Shown one piece after another: positions 1-14,119 of a stretch of 64,000 nucleotides of DNA. Numbering within the stretch: the stretch's first letter is position 1; every line of letters begins with the position of its first letter. The stretch lies in NCBI GenBank assembly GCA_964016885.1, contig OZ024745.1, positions 18,848,001 through 18,912,000 of the forward strand, written 5' to 3'. Both the position numbers and the translations under genes were made by a program. The notes under the pieces were generated by a model that searched no databases, was not told the DNA's origin, and saw nothing but the letters and a program-made list of their open reading frames with translations. Source of the DNA: Eledone cirrhosa (taxonomy: Eukaryota).

Positions 1-215
1 ATGTATACATACATACATATATACATACATACTTACATACATACATACATACATTCTTTTCTTTTACAACCTTGCCACCAGGAAGATGGCCGGTCAAAAA
101 AATATACTCGAAATTAAGAGAAAGAGATACATACATACATCCATACATACATACATACATACATACATACATACATACATAGATACATACATACATACAT
201 ACATACATACATACA

Positions 216-247
<32 letters not shown>

Positions 248-248
248 C
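1..248. repeat. (TACA)n/(CATA)n microsatellite, interrupted at about 55-127 by a short unique insert
   Basis: Directly visible; it is the 5' flank of the R4-type element. Confidence 0.95.
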
Positions 249-3200
249 AGTCAATGCGATCAGTCGCATATTTTGGCGTGGGAGACTATTTATTAAATTT
301 ACTATCTCCGACAGTAATGCCACAACTACAGTCATGTTGAATAACTGGTTATTCTTCTAACTATATTTTCTGAAGACATCTTTTATTCGAATTCGGAGAG
401 ATATCCGACTAAATACATAATTCATTTTACAAGGATTTGCTACAAACAGCATGGCTGAACACAACATCAACAGCAAAATTAAGGAAGTATCGTGACAAAC
501 AACAAGAAAGGTAAACAAACTTTATTCAGTTGTAGCTTCAGAAGAAACCGAAATTATAAATCGCATTTCTCTTGGAGTTGCGAACTTAATAATGATTTAT
601 TTAATTGTTATAAAATGGCAAAAAACAATCCCTCCATTGGCTATATGAACAGAATAAAGCTACACTGGGACGAAATGCACCCAGAGCTAAATTATTTCAC
701 AGCGAAACAATTACGCCAACAAGCGACGTTTGTTGAACGTAAAAGTAAGATAAATAGTATTAATTGTAAGTCTCCCACAACAAACATGGGATCGACAACA
801 CGTTCTACAGACTAGATACTAGACTTCCTAGCAGCCAGGTCAACTCTGAAACAACTATGCCTTGAAACAAACTATGCCTGTAAGAAACTTGACACCACCT
901 GTACCATCTAAGTCTACCTCGAATGCTGGGGAAAACACTATCGATAATAATAATAATCGAAGAAATTTGACACCAGGTGTACCATCCGAGTCTACCTCGA
1001 CTGTTGTGGAAAATACTATCGATAATGATAATAATCAAAAGTATAAGCAATTGAAAATTTCCCTCAACGAAATCTTCCAGAGAGAAATTAATTCATGTAT
1101 AAATATCTCTCTTGCTGAACGTATTAAAACGACAATGTTTAATAAAAAAAAAAACAAATAATGAAATATTACGTGTTATTGACGAAATAGGGGATGAATA
1201 TTTACGACGGATAAAAACCCCAACATTTTGGCAAATCAACACCTGTTTATATGCCTTAGCAACGACAGTGAAGCATTATCTTGGTGATAGCAGAGATATT
1301 AACAAGAACAGAACACCACCAAAAATACCATCATATATAACTAAAATAGAAAAAAAGATTGCTGACCTACGAAAAACCATAGGATATGGGACAATGCTCC
1401 TTACATGCAAACAAACACAAAAAAAACCTCACTCCTCACCAACAAAGAGTGAAAAATAAAATAGAGACGATGTTTGGTAGCAGTAGAACCAGAACTCTTC
1501 AATATAAGCTGATCACCCTCAAACAAGAATTGAGAGCTGTTAGCGAAAAACGCCGATACCTGAAGAAGGTAGATGAGAGAAAAGTGCTTAATAAAAGATT
1601 CAGACGAAACCAAACATCAGTCTATAGAGATATGAAGTACAAAATAATAAGTGTCACTGAGACCCCATCCCAGAAAGACATAGATTCCTTTTGGAGCAAA
1701 ATATGGGGTGAAAAGAAGAATTTCAACCAAGATACAGTGTAGCTAAGAGAAATCCGAAAGAACTATTGCTCCTACACTACAACAAAAAAACATACGAAAT
1801 AAGTGAGGGTACCCTTGAGACTGTGATAGGAAAACTCCAAGATAAGAAAACACCAGGAAGTAACATGATTGTCGGCTACTGGTACAAAAAACTGATATTC
1901 TATCGGAGGTCTCTTACTAACCTCTACCAACAAGTTCTTAAGGGAGATACACTTATACCAGAATGGTTGACATTAGAACAAACATTACTGGTCCCCAAGA
2001 ACAAAGACACCCACTTGGCAAATAACTACCGACCCATTGCATGCCAGAACCTGATGTATAAGATTTATACAGCCTGCCTGAACCTATTCCTCCAAGATCA
2101 CTGTGAAAATAATAACATCATCACATATGAACAAGCAGCTAGAAAGAAAGGGGTTTGGGGATGTGCTGAACAACTCCTAATCAACAAAACTGCGATGTCG
2201 GAGGTGCGACAACTTGGGAGTCTGGCTGGACTACAGGAAAGCTTTCGATTCTGTTCCCCACTCTTGGATGATAGAGGCCCTCCAACTTTATTGTCAGAGC
2301 CATAGAGAGGATGTCTTCTTCTTGGGCTACTATCCTAAGGTTAAAGACAGAGAGGGAGGACTCTATTTTCACTGATAAAATAAAATATCGCAGGGGTATA
2401 TTTCAGGGGGATAGTCTCTCTGTGATATTATTCATCTTGTCATTAAACCCCTTGTCCTTTCTGCTCAAGAAATGTGAGGGATACATCATTGGCTCACAGG
2501 AGGACAGAAATACGAACCTAACCCATAATTTCTTTGTGGATGATCTGAAACTCTATGCCAAGAACATGGATGAAGAAAAATCTTGACATGGTTACAACGT
2601 TCTCAAAGGATATAGGAATGGAGTTTGGCCAAGATAAATGCTCATACATGACTGTAAAGCGGGGAAAAACAACAACCCAATCTAGCAACATTGTCATCAA
2701 TGGCCTAACTGTTTCACCGATATCTGATGAGGACTGTTACAGATACCTGGGGATAGATGAGAATATATCCTATAATGGTATCTGTAATAAGGAACGCATA
2801 ACCAGGGAATACTACACCCGATTAAGAAAGATTTGGTCATCGGAACTCTCTGCGCAAAACAAAACAGTGGCTCACAATGTGTTTGCTGTGCCTGTCCTAA
2901 CACCAACGTTTGGAATACTCAATTGGACGATAGACGAAATCCGAGCAGTTGATGTTGGAACTCGAAAAATACTAAACAACACCGGAAACTTCCACATCAA
3001 CAGTGACATAGACCGCCTTTACTTGAAACGTAAGCAGGGAGGCAGAGGCTTAACATCAGTCCAGACAACATTTGAATGTCGCATCATATCTCTTCGACAA
3101 CATCTACGAACCTCGAAGCGTAGGAGCCCGTCTCTCGAGCAAGTCTATCTGCATGAAACAGAGTTGGGAAGGAACTCCTTGAGAGATATTCCCTGTGTGA

Positions 3201-4310
3201 TAATCAAAAACTCACACCCAGTATCGCACTGAATCCATGGATGAAAAACTGCATGCTTATCAGCAAAAAGTCATGCATGGATATATTGCCAGGAAGCTCC
3301 AGAGTGAGAGTAATATAATAAGGAAAGTAGTCTATCTTGGACCAACAACCGCTATATTGGCTCCCACTTTGAAGGATACGCTTTTGTAATCCAAGAACAG
3401 GAGATTAACACGAAATACCTGATTCACAAAAGAGATAGGCAAAACACCTAGATGCAGGCAAAACACCTAGATGTGATAACAAGTGGTGCAGACTCTGCAG
3501 AACTAACATCGAGGATATCACCCATGTCATCAGCAGCTGTCCAAAGATGTCATTGCGCTACTATCTACCTATGAGGCACGATGTAGTGGCCAAAACACTG
3601 TACAATGCAGTTCGTAAAAGAGATAGCCCCGATAATAAACACATTAAAAGCTACAGCAATGTGGAAGACATCCCCGTACATAATATGAAAGAGTACTGGT
3701 GGAATGTTCCCCAATAAAACACCCCAATAAAATGCAGGCATAACAGACCAGATATTATGATATGGGACAGGGAGAAGAAAGCATCCACAGTAGTGGAAAT
3801 TAGGTGCCCAGCAGATGCCAATATAATATCAAAGATTAGAGAAAAGGAGAATATTTATGCAGAACTGATGAGACATCTGCAGATACTCCACCCTGATTAC
3901 ACCTTCAGATTTATACCTGTGATTATTGGAGCACTGGCCTATGTTAGTAACTGCCTCAATACAAATCTTGAGAAGCTAGGCTTCACAGGAACAGAAAGAA
4001 CACACCTAGTTAGGAAATTACAAGTACAATCCATTAATGGAACAGTAAAAATATGTAAAACATTCCAAAGATTCTGCATCTAATAACTGCATATACACAT
4101 GTACAGATACAAAGCATATACACATGCACACATACAACTCAAAACATCCACATCCACACATACAATAACATCCATATCTACACATGCATGCATACATATC
4201 TACCTAGTTGATGTGTAAATTCCAATGAGAGAGTCTTGTGTCTATGTTAGAAACCGACTCTCTCTCTCTATTGGTAAAACTTTGTGAAATTATAAAACCA
4301 CAAGAACATA
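249..4310 (+). mobile_element. R4/Dong-type non-LTR retrotransposon (RT plus C-terminal RLE endonuclease), near full length, disrupted
   Basis: ORF fragments give an N-terminal W..CY..GYMNR..W..HP motif and RT motifs NYRPIAC, RGIFQGDSLS, FFVDDLKLY, YRYLGI and GGRGL. A zinc knuckle CRLC..H....C with RHD lies at about 3488-3582, followed by RPDIMIWD..VVEIRCP. The 3' UTR spans 4084-4307, and both ends abut CATA repeats. Confidence 0.9.
492..4083 (+). pseudogene. Single RT-RLE ORF of the R4-type element, broken by frameshifts and stops
   Basis: Eight consecutive + strand ORF pieces (492-815 through 3757-4083) join into one RT-RLE polyprotein. Confidence 0.88.
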
Positions 4311-4664
4311 CATACATACATACCTGCTGTATTATACCGACGCATATAGGTGTGCATATAAATATGCTTGTATGTGTGTTTTTGTAGCCCTTTGCTTGTT
4401 ATTCGCTGAACGAACGAGTTAGCAGGGGAAATATATATATATGCACATACACACATACTCACACACTCACACTTACACCACACACCTACACACACATACA
4501 TTTATATATATGTGTGTGTGTGAGTGTGTGCGTGTCTGTCTGTCTATATGTCTGTGTGTGTCTCTGTGTGTCTGTCTGTGTGTGTGTTAAGATACATAGT
4601 AACATATACAGAAAGATGCATATGCAAAGGTGCATACACACAAATATGCATATATAATACATAG

Positions 4665-4844
4665 CAATAATTGTTTCTAGTTTTGGCACAATGCCAGCAA
4701 TTACCCAGTGTATTACTGGTACTTTATTTTATCGACCCCATAAGGCAAAGTTAACCTCGGCGGGATTTGAACTCAGACCATAAAGGGCCGTAACTCTATG
4801 CTGCAAAGCATGGCGTCCGACCCTCTACCGATACTGCCAATCCA
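4665..4844 (-). mobile_element. tRNA-derived SINE (family S1; Nin/Deu-like central domain)
   Basis: A box TGGCAGTATCGG, B box GAGTTCAAATCC, core GGGGTCGATAAAATAAAGTACCAG and tail GAAACAATTATT; many copies in the window. Confidence 0.85.
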
Positions 4845-5149
4845 TAGATCGGGTATCAACGGTATTCAGACTAGTCAATTAAACTCTTATTCACAGGGCG
4901 AAGCTCAATATTAAAGGCAAGATAAGCACTGAGGGGGGGGGGAGGTGATTATACGATTAAACCCTCCGCTAGAGTTTTAGATACATGCCTATGTTAGACA
5001 TAATTATTGCTATAATGTACGCATGGACCTGTAACTCCTGTTCGAAATGTTGGGTCACCCAGTTGACATACTACGTTTCTAAGCATTTTCTTTTAAACCA
5101 TCTCCTCTCCAGCTCTGAATCCAGCATATTTCTTCCCGAGAAGCATAGA

Positions 5150-5320
5150 GAATGAAAGAGGGGAAGTGAGAAAGAGACATAGACTGGTATTTTTTTATCG
5201 ACCTTGAATGGGGATGAAAGGCAAAGTTGATCTTGGAGGGATTTGAACTTAGAGAGCAGAGAGCGAAAAGGAATAACATAAAACATTCTATCCGACGTTC
5301 TGACGATTCACCACCTTCTC
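5150..5320 (-). mobile_element. Degenerate SINE related to S1
   Basis: B-box-like AGTTCAAATCC and CTTTGCCTTTCATCC..GGTCGATAAAA on the minus strand. Confidence 0.7.
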
Positions 5321-6219
5321 TTGCTAGAATGAGGACTACCAATTGGTAGAAACGATGCTGCACCGGACTAAGATACTTTACTGTAGTTATTTCCGTGACA
5401 ATACGTTCTCAGTTCAAACCTTGCTTGTTTGTGTGTTAACTTTCATTGCTACTAGTTCGATTAAATAATTACCTGTAATATATTGGTTTCGATGGCATCG
5501 ATTATCTTCATTTTTACTGCTTAGCTTAAATAAATCTTTATATTGGTTTCTTACATAACCACAGGGTCTGAAGACATATTGTTTATGAAATAGTAAGCAC
5601 CAATGGAAATCGATATCTGGTCACATATTCAGATCATCTAGAAAGTTTTTTTTCTTGTTATTATCTCGAAGAACTTTTTATATTACAATCGAATTTACGT
5701 GGCACGTAAAGCGAATGATTACTATAGTTCAACTTTTCTTTCTAATAAAATATCTCCAACAAACGTAAACATGCTATGTGTATGAAAAACATTGATTCCT
5801 ATTTATTATTAATCTAGAAAAAAAACACACACAAATATTACTCCATATTATTGGCCTCGTTTCTTTTAATTATATTAAATCATTTCTTCATTTTGGAGAA
5901 GTTTAGGCAAGGTTGTTTTACTTTTTTCAAAAATCCTACGAAAATGTTTGTATTATTAATTGCGTTTATCGTACAACTTTAGAAGCACCTTCTGGCATGA
6001 TTTCTGTGTTTTTATCTATGCTTTTGTTTCTCCATTATTCGACAACATCTCTGCCAATATGTGACGTCAGAGGGAAACATCGGTTATTGTTTTCCTTAGT
6101 TCTATGTAATTACTAATGTGTTTATGGGTAAATTCTTGTTGAGTTGATCCGGGTTCGTAACCAGAGCAGAATAAATTTACAAAATATTAATATTTTCTAT
6201 GGAATTCAGACTAGGCTCT

Positions 6220-6560
6220 ACAGGGTCAGACGCCATGCTTTGCAGCTAAGAGTTATAGCCCTTTATGTTCAAATCCCGCCGAGGTTAACTTTGCCTTTCA
6301 TCCTTAAGGGGTCGATAAAATAAAGTACCAGTAATACACTAGGATAATTGCTGGCCTTGTGCCAAAAGTAGAAACAATTATGTATTAAGCGGAGAATCGG
6401 CAGAGTCATTAGAAGGTGGTATTTGTCACGGCTCTTTACTCTCTGAGTTCAAATCCCGCCGAAGTCAAATTTGTCTTTCATCCTTTCGAGGTCATTAAAA
6501 AAACTACTAGTCTAGTACTGGTGTCTATTCTTTTTCTATATCTCTTTCTCTTTTGCCCTT
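6220..6560 (+). mobile_element. Two adjacent S1-type SINEs (about 6220-6382 and 6389-6560)
   Basis: Each has GTTCAAATCCCGCCGA followed by the CTTTCATCCTT core. Confidence 0.8.
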
Positions 6561-6986
6561 CCATTCGCTGACTTTCTATCCTTCTCTGGAAGAAAACCGC
6601 TCTATTCAGTTATGGAAAGAAGATGGGCTCTACCAAATTTCAATAAATGCACTAGAAATGTCTCTAATTGATCCGACTGGTTCCCCAAGCGAGGCCAGCC
6701 GAACTCATGAATGTTATCCAACCATCTTGCTCGGCCTCTACCCTGGGTTTCCTGCCGGTTGGTTTTGCCCGTAAAATTTTTCCAGTGATTCTTTTCTTGG
6801 ACATTATGAAAATAAAATCGTATAAGCTATTGATATTTTGATTACAATCGGCAACCAGAATTTTGTCACAACTGATTTGGTAAATATCTCAAGATTCATT
6901 CCGTAACTTTACAAAATATTTTCGACTTAAAAATACATTATTATACTGGAATCTTTAAATTTATGAGATGAAAGAATGGTATTTAA

Positions 6987-7240
6987 CTAATGTAATGGTA
7001 CATGATTGGGCCCACCCACAGCCCCGGCGGACAGAATGGAGAAGGCGTTTCCCCGGAGGACGGCAAGGGAGACGCGCTGGAAAAGCCACTCCAACTCGCG
7101 GGGCTCACACCTACGGCTGGCCAGCTCAGCGCCTATGGTGGTGAGTAAGAAGGTAGCCCTGGGGCCGAGGACACCAGAAGTTTCCACTGCCAGGGAAACG
7201 ACCGCAAACCTGTCGGAGAGCGACATTTGGTAAATATTGT
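6987..7240 (-). mobile_element. CRE-clade non-LTR retrotransposon, RLE C-terminal fragment
   Basis: GC-rich island translating to AVETSGVLG..PRELEWLFQRVSLAVLRGNAFSI; a related piece lies at 15984-16115. Confidence 0.75.
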
Positions 7241-7394
7241 ATCTCTAGTGTCTATGCTATATCTAAATATGAAATCTGATTTTTTCCTATCAAGTTCAAT
7301 GTTCTTCTGACTTTAAGTTCATTTTTTTTCTCATTTAGTATGTCACCAGATAAAAAATAAGAATATATTTTTAATCAATACAAATATGATTAAT

Positions 7395-7476
<82 letters not shown>

Positions 7477-7686
7477 AAGAACACAAGAGCGTCTACAACA
7501 TCAACAGATTTTTATTGGCTTTATTTCACGTTGCTCCTTCTACCTGGAGTTGCAACCGATAGATAGTACTAGCAACTGGAAAGACCAACGAAAACATTGT
7601 TACCTCGATCCGATTTGACGAAAGTCGATCGATCCTTTTATATATATATGTTAATACGTATATATATATGTGTGTGTGTATATATA

Positions 7687-7718
<32 letters not shown>

Positions 7719-8810
7719 AATGAAAAATGGCGTGCTGTGTTGTTGCGAATTAGATACATATGAAGTAAAAATTAGAAAGAGAAGCCGAAGCCGGGACTAT
7801 CCTTCATCAGTGATTGTATGTATATATACATATATGTATATACATATATATGTATATATATATATATATATATACAGGGTATCCCAAAAATGTATACACA
7901 TATTTATTACAATGCTGTTGAAGTGTTTATATATATATATGTGTGTGTGTATGTGTGTGTGTGTATAATATTAGAACCACTTATTCCTTTGGTTAGGATA
8001 ATTTGCATAATTTATTCAATTACAGAAAAAATTAGTTCTCTTACAATACTAGCAGCATAATAAGTATGGTGAGAATAGTAGTTTGAAACATGTTTAGATC
8101 TGTCCAGGCTTGATCTTAGTGTTTTTGTTTAGAGCAAATCCACTTCAGTCTGCTTGTACATGTCAAAGGGTAAACAGTTATTGTGCGTTGCTCCTCGTTA
8201 ATATCCCATCCCATGAAGTCGGATTATGTGTTGTGAAGATTTTAACACAGTCAAAGTGATTCTTGTTCATGGATGTAACATGTGTGGTTGTTTGTTGTAC
8301 ATTGATGCCTGAATGGTCAAATTGAAAGAAGTTTTTCTTCACAAGAGAAATAACCTCTCTTCCCAGGGAAGATACTGCAAATATGAAAGATTCATACAAC
8401 ATCGAGTTGCATTTAAATAAGGTTCAGTTTCAAGGTAAAAATGTAAAATATAAACGCAAACTTGATGCAAATAAGTTTTAAAAAGATATAATTATAGTTG
8501 TTGAGAGATGAAGTATTTAAGGGAAACTTGAATGGGTTTGTGAAACGTTTTGGGAAATCATTAAGCCTAAAACTATTCAAAGAAGGTGGGGGGACCTTCT
8601 TAATTCTTACCAGGTAATGGAGGTAATATGTCATTAAAGCTTCGTTCCTTTGACTATCAGTTGAACCTTTTTCCAGATGAACTGGGTGTTATGACATGCA
8701 AAAAGGTGTGTTATCATCAGGGTATTTTTTTACCTGGCAAAAGCATTCCCAACAAATAAAGCCCTAGTATGTTTGCTACATCGTGTTGTAATAAATGTGC
8801 AAACTATATA

Positions 8811-9125
8811 CTAGTCTATTATTGGACGTCCTATCGTATAAGACGTCCCTGACGTTAAAAGGACATTCTGAGAAAAAAAGAATTTCAGTACATTGCATTA
8901 AAAATGTATTGAAATTTATTTCATAGTTTTTTCAACATCATTTTGCTTATATAAATTGTATTGTATTAGTATATTAGTAATACTAATAGTAATGCAAGCT
9001 ATTTTTTTAAACCACGATTGTCCTCACCTTCCGGTCAGACTCCCATCGCTGATTTAGATGCAGGGAAGATTTATGTATGTTATTTTGGACAAAAGAGTGC
9101 GTCCAATAGGCCGGAAAATACGGTA
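8811..9125. mobile_element. Possible pogo/Tc2-like MITE remnant
   Basis: The right end GTGCGTCCAATAGGCCGGAAAATACGG+TA resembles CCGTATTTTCC-type TIRs; the left end is degenerate. Confidence 0.35.
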
Positions 9126-9617
9126 AGTGTTTTAAAATATTAAATTGCATGTCACGCAAAACACTGACCTGACAGTGAAATGTAAACTAATTTGGATTCT
9201 GCATAAGTACTACTACAAGAATCAGGTATTTCCTTTGTTGTAATACAAAAATACTTTTGTTTTATTTTTCGTTTTGTTAACGAATGTTATTTTCGGCTTC
9301 GAAAATGTCAAAGATATGAAAATAAGAAATGAAAAAAAGATAGAGTGGATTATACTTCCTATTTCTAGTGTATTGTTTTACAATGTAATGTTGGTTTTGA
9401 CACCGTAGCTTGTCGAATTGAGATAATACAAAATTCTGACACTCCAATTAACTGTACCCTTATTTTTGCAATTCGAGGACAAGATGTCTAATTTGGACAA
9501 AACAAAACAAAAAAGAAACAAAACAACTCTAAAGAAAGAAAAATAATTTGAAAAAAAAGTTATTTTCTATGAAAATAATTGCTTGAATGTTTGAAATAAT
9601 GAAATGAATCAAGAAAT

Positions 9618-9672
<55 letters not shown>

Positions 9673-10388
9673 TCAAAGAAGAAGAAGAAGAAGAAGAAGA
9701 AGAAATAGCAAGAGGCACCGAATTCTTCACAATGCAGACATTAGTAAGATAGTGAATTAATTTGTCAACCAAAAGATTTTCTTTTATTATTTCGATGTTA
9801 AAATATCTTCTATTAGTTCTTTGTTTTTCCTGCATATGTGTCTCTACATTCCTTACTGCACTGCAAATGTCAAACGCAAACTTAGCTGCAAATGTTATCT
9901 TATTTCTGTTGTCTCTACAAACAATATACTAACATGTCTTCTTTCTTCTTTCTCATCCACCTTCTTCTTCTTCTTCTTCTTCTCCTTCTTTCTCCTCCTC
10001 TTCCTCTTTCTCCTCTTCCACCCCCCCCCCCTCTCTCTTCTCTTCTTTTTCTATTTCTTCTTCTTTCCTTACTTCTTTCTACATCTGCTTCGTTTTCTTC
10101 TTCCTTGTTTTTACTTCATCTTCTTCTTTAGGCATATGGTGACTCAGCAGTTCTATAAAGGAGGAGGAATTTTTAATGATTTTGTTTTAAATAGCACCGT
10201 TTGTCCCCGGGGTGAAGGAAACGAATAGAGGAAGGTGTATTGCTTCTAAATATTATTTTATTTGTGAAAATGGCCTTTAAGAATGAATTTCATTATTTTA
10301 TTAACAAAGAATGAGGAGTTTCAAAGTAGCAAAATTTGAAATAGTAGTAGTAGTAGTGGTGGTGGTGGTGGCGGCAGCAGCAGCAGCT

Positions 10389-10434
<46 letters not shown>

Positions 10435-11084
10435 CAGCGGTAGCAGCAGTAGTAGCAGCAGTAGCAGCAGTAGTAGTAGTAAGCTTCTATAGTGGTGTTT
10501 CTAAAAAGCTGACGTTGTTGTTATCGGTTTTTATAATTTTTTCTGAGAAAGAAACACACTGTATAGAAGTAGATATGTCAGTTGGTGACATATTTACAGG
10601 TGACTATGTCAGGTTGGGATGTCACAAATACACGAATACCAACTGATATTTGTACTCTATTTAAGATATCCCCCATTAAAATATCCTTTGCTACGAAAGG
10701 ACACTTTGCCATTAAGATATCATAATCAGCTAATGTCCATTAAGATGTCACACTCAGACAACCTCTTCTATCATATGGTGTTTACATCAGGGTGCCCACA
10801 ATACAATTTCCTCATACAGTTCTCACTATTATATTCACACCCACATGTATACACTATACCCAGAGACGGTGCTACTGTTAAAGCCAACTAGGTAGCCACC
10901 TAGGGCGCAGAGCCTGTGGAGATACAGTGCATGCATAGACCCATACCTCCAGGGGGAATCGTAGGGGCCCTATTAATATACGGCGTTTCTAGGTCATTTT
11001 TTTTTTTAATCTGACAGAGCCCATTTCCTCTCCAGGTCTGAATACAACAGATTTCTTCCAGAGGAGGATAGAAAGTGAGAGAAT

Positions 11085-11270
11085 GGAAGTGAGAAAGAGA
11101 TATAGAGGAAGAATCGATCCCACTACTTGACTGCTACTTTTTTATCGACCTAGCATGGATGGAAGGCAAAGTTTACCTCCATGAGATTTGAACACAGGGA
11201 GCAGAGAGCCAGAACGATTAACGCAAAGCATTCTGTCCGACGTTCTAACGACTCTGCCTATTCGCCGCCT
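11085..11270 (-). mobile_element. Degenerate S1-type SINE
   Basis: TTTTATCGACC..GGCAAAGTT..GATTTGAAC..CTCTGCC, matching the S1 layout on the minus strand. Confidence 0.7.
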
Positions 11271-14119
11271 TAGGAAGGTACAAAACTGGAATTTAAATAT
11301 ATATTTCCTGAGATCAATAAATACATCGATTAATATATTTACCATGCGTTGTGGAAATATCCAAAGTTGTGGAAGGACCCTGTCACATTATTTTGCGTGT
11401 GTGATTGTGAGCTATTTAGTGTTGTCAGTGCTTGAGGTGTCAAAACTAGATTCAACTTACCACGCTATATGTTGAAATTATTTTATTACAAAGAAGGGAC
11501 GCACATTGTAGAGCTGCCAAGGGAGGTAAATACCCCGACGCTGATCTTGATCATATCTGCACTAACATCTCATCACGACGAAATGTTCAACATGTCTTCG
11601 CTAACATCTTATCAGCTATATATCCTCATTAACATCCTTCCTATCTTTTACATATCAACTTCAAAATATCTACAACATATTCTAACGAACATGTCCATAC
11701 CAACAGGCCCTCATTATAATGTCGGCACCAAAATGGTAACATAAATATCCTCTTAAGTGTGATGTGATAGCGATAGTTCCGTAACTCTGGATGGACTCGT
11801 GGGGGCATCATAGTAGCATACTATGTTTCTTGAGCAATGGGAAATGAAGAACTTTGCTCAAGAATACAATGCGCTGTCCTGCCCGCGGTCAAACCAACGA
11901 GGGTCCTAACACCAACACCCTGACACCTACGTATACTTCTATAATAGTCATTTCTTTAAGTGTCACTTAGTCTTTGCCTCTGAACGGCTGAGTGAGGGGT
12001 GAAATAGAAATTTGAATAGTCTGATAATATTCTCATAGAGTAACTTTCTATTTCTATGGAATTCTAAGTCAGTATCTAATGAGGTTAGATAATTAGAGAG
12101 TAAAGAGAGTTATGATGTATAGATATTAATGGTGTTTAAAGTCCCAGGGTGTATAGGTATTGGTGAAGGAGAGGTATTAAAGAACAGACAAAGATGCTAG
12201 TGTTGAGATTTTCATATTTTCCTGCAAATATAAGTTTTACAATTTGATCATGTTTCGTGGATAACAGTACGTGTTAGTAGTCAGTTCTTTTCCTTTATGT
12301 TCCGAGTTCAAATCGTACTTAGGTTCACTTTGCAATTTATCCGTTTGATGTCGATAAATGTTGTACTGGGCTCTGTCTAATAAATTATAGCCTGAATATA
12401 GCATGGTCAGAGTCCAAGGACAAAAGCCAATAAAAGAGCAAACATATCAAGGGTTGAACTCAGTTTAGGAAGTGATCAAGGTAATATGTGTTATACAACC
12501 TGATATATTATTCTTCACCATTCCAAATTCACAAAATTTCTTCCTGTTAAAATATTGGTTAATGTCAAATGGGCTTCTAAAAAGTCTAAATACAAATGAA
12601 AAATATACTACATATTACATATGTATATCATATATCTTCTGTGTATGAATATGTATTTGTGTCTGTATGTATGTGTGTATCCACATGCATTTGTGTGTGT
12701 GTCTGTGTGTGTGTTTGTGTGTGTATGTGTGTGTGGGGGTGGGGTGCATGTATGTCTGTGTGTGTGTGTGTTGTGTATGCTTCTGAATATGTACGAACGA
12801 ATATGTACGTTTAACAGTCGTAAGTTGCCCATCACAAATGTTTTTCACTGGATGCACAGTTAATGAAGCAAGCTAATACAAATTGCGAAGACATTTTGTC
12901 ATAGAAGCCTCCAAAAGCGCAACAACTACTATAATAACAATAATAGTAATTATAATCGTAGTGGGGGATGGACAGAAAAACAGTAAACAATAACACTGGC
13001 AATAAAGAAAGAAATGTAGACAAAGGCTATGCGTCCCTTTTAATACAACTGTTGAAATACAAATCTATTCAAAGACTACGACATTTTCTTTGGTAACTTC
13101 CAGCTCTCTGGAGATTTTATGGCTTTTGCAATTCTTTCCTATTTGCTATTTGACAGAAATACAAGCAGTTTACGACAGCTTTGGTTTTCTTGTAAATCCA
13201 CATCAGCTTTCTTACATTTTATTTCCTTGTAAGTAAGCTTTATCGAAATATTTGACCATAAGGAAAGATTGAGATAAATACCAAATACATGTCATGTTGT
13301 AACTCACTCTTGATTATCTCCTGGAGCTAACGTTGTAAGAAACCCGACATTTCTTTACCTGGCATCCATAGCAGAATTGTTAAGCATTAATTTAAATTAT
13401 CAATGACGAAAATGTAATTTCAAGTACCTTTTCAAGAAAACAGAAAGATAGCTGACTTCCTGTGACTTCAGCGAGGAAGAAATAATTAAATTATACCAAT
13501 TTTAAAAGGATAATAGAATAGTTGCTACATGGTGAACAGATCGAACTATCTATTAAACCGTTACTAATTCCTACTGTCCCTAACATATCTCAATAGCAAG
13601 CATACGTTGAGATAAGGGTTGGATTGACATTAATGAATAGACGCCTGTCCATAACTGGGTAAAGCCGATGTACATTAATGTAAACATTATATCAACATAA
13701 ACCTGGTGCCGTTTGTATTAGAAATATTCTTCAAATCATAATGTTTAGAGAAATTCAGTTTTATTCATTAATTCCTGTATAGAGGTGAGATGCTATAGCT
13801 ATACGGATGTCAACTGTCAAGTTGTGTGAGGTCATCTGTGAATGCGTATTGTTGATTAGTATTGTTTCAAGCTGTGTAAGGTGGAGAAAGGTTTTATGAA
13901 GTCGTGTGATGATATTTGTGGATATGTGGCTGTTTATGGTTGCTAACATTCCTATAATATTGTTCAGGTTTGTGTGCTGATGTTGAGTTTCAGTGAAGTT
14001 TTGTGTAGTTATGTATTGCTGTTTAGGTTTGTGTGTAGTTATGTGAGTTTGAGTGAGGTTTTATGTGATTGTGTATGGTTGTTTATGGTTGTGTGTAGTT
14101 GTGTGGATTTGAATGAAGG

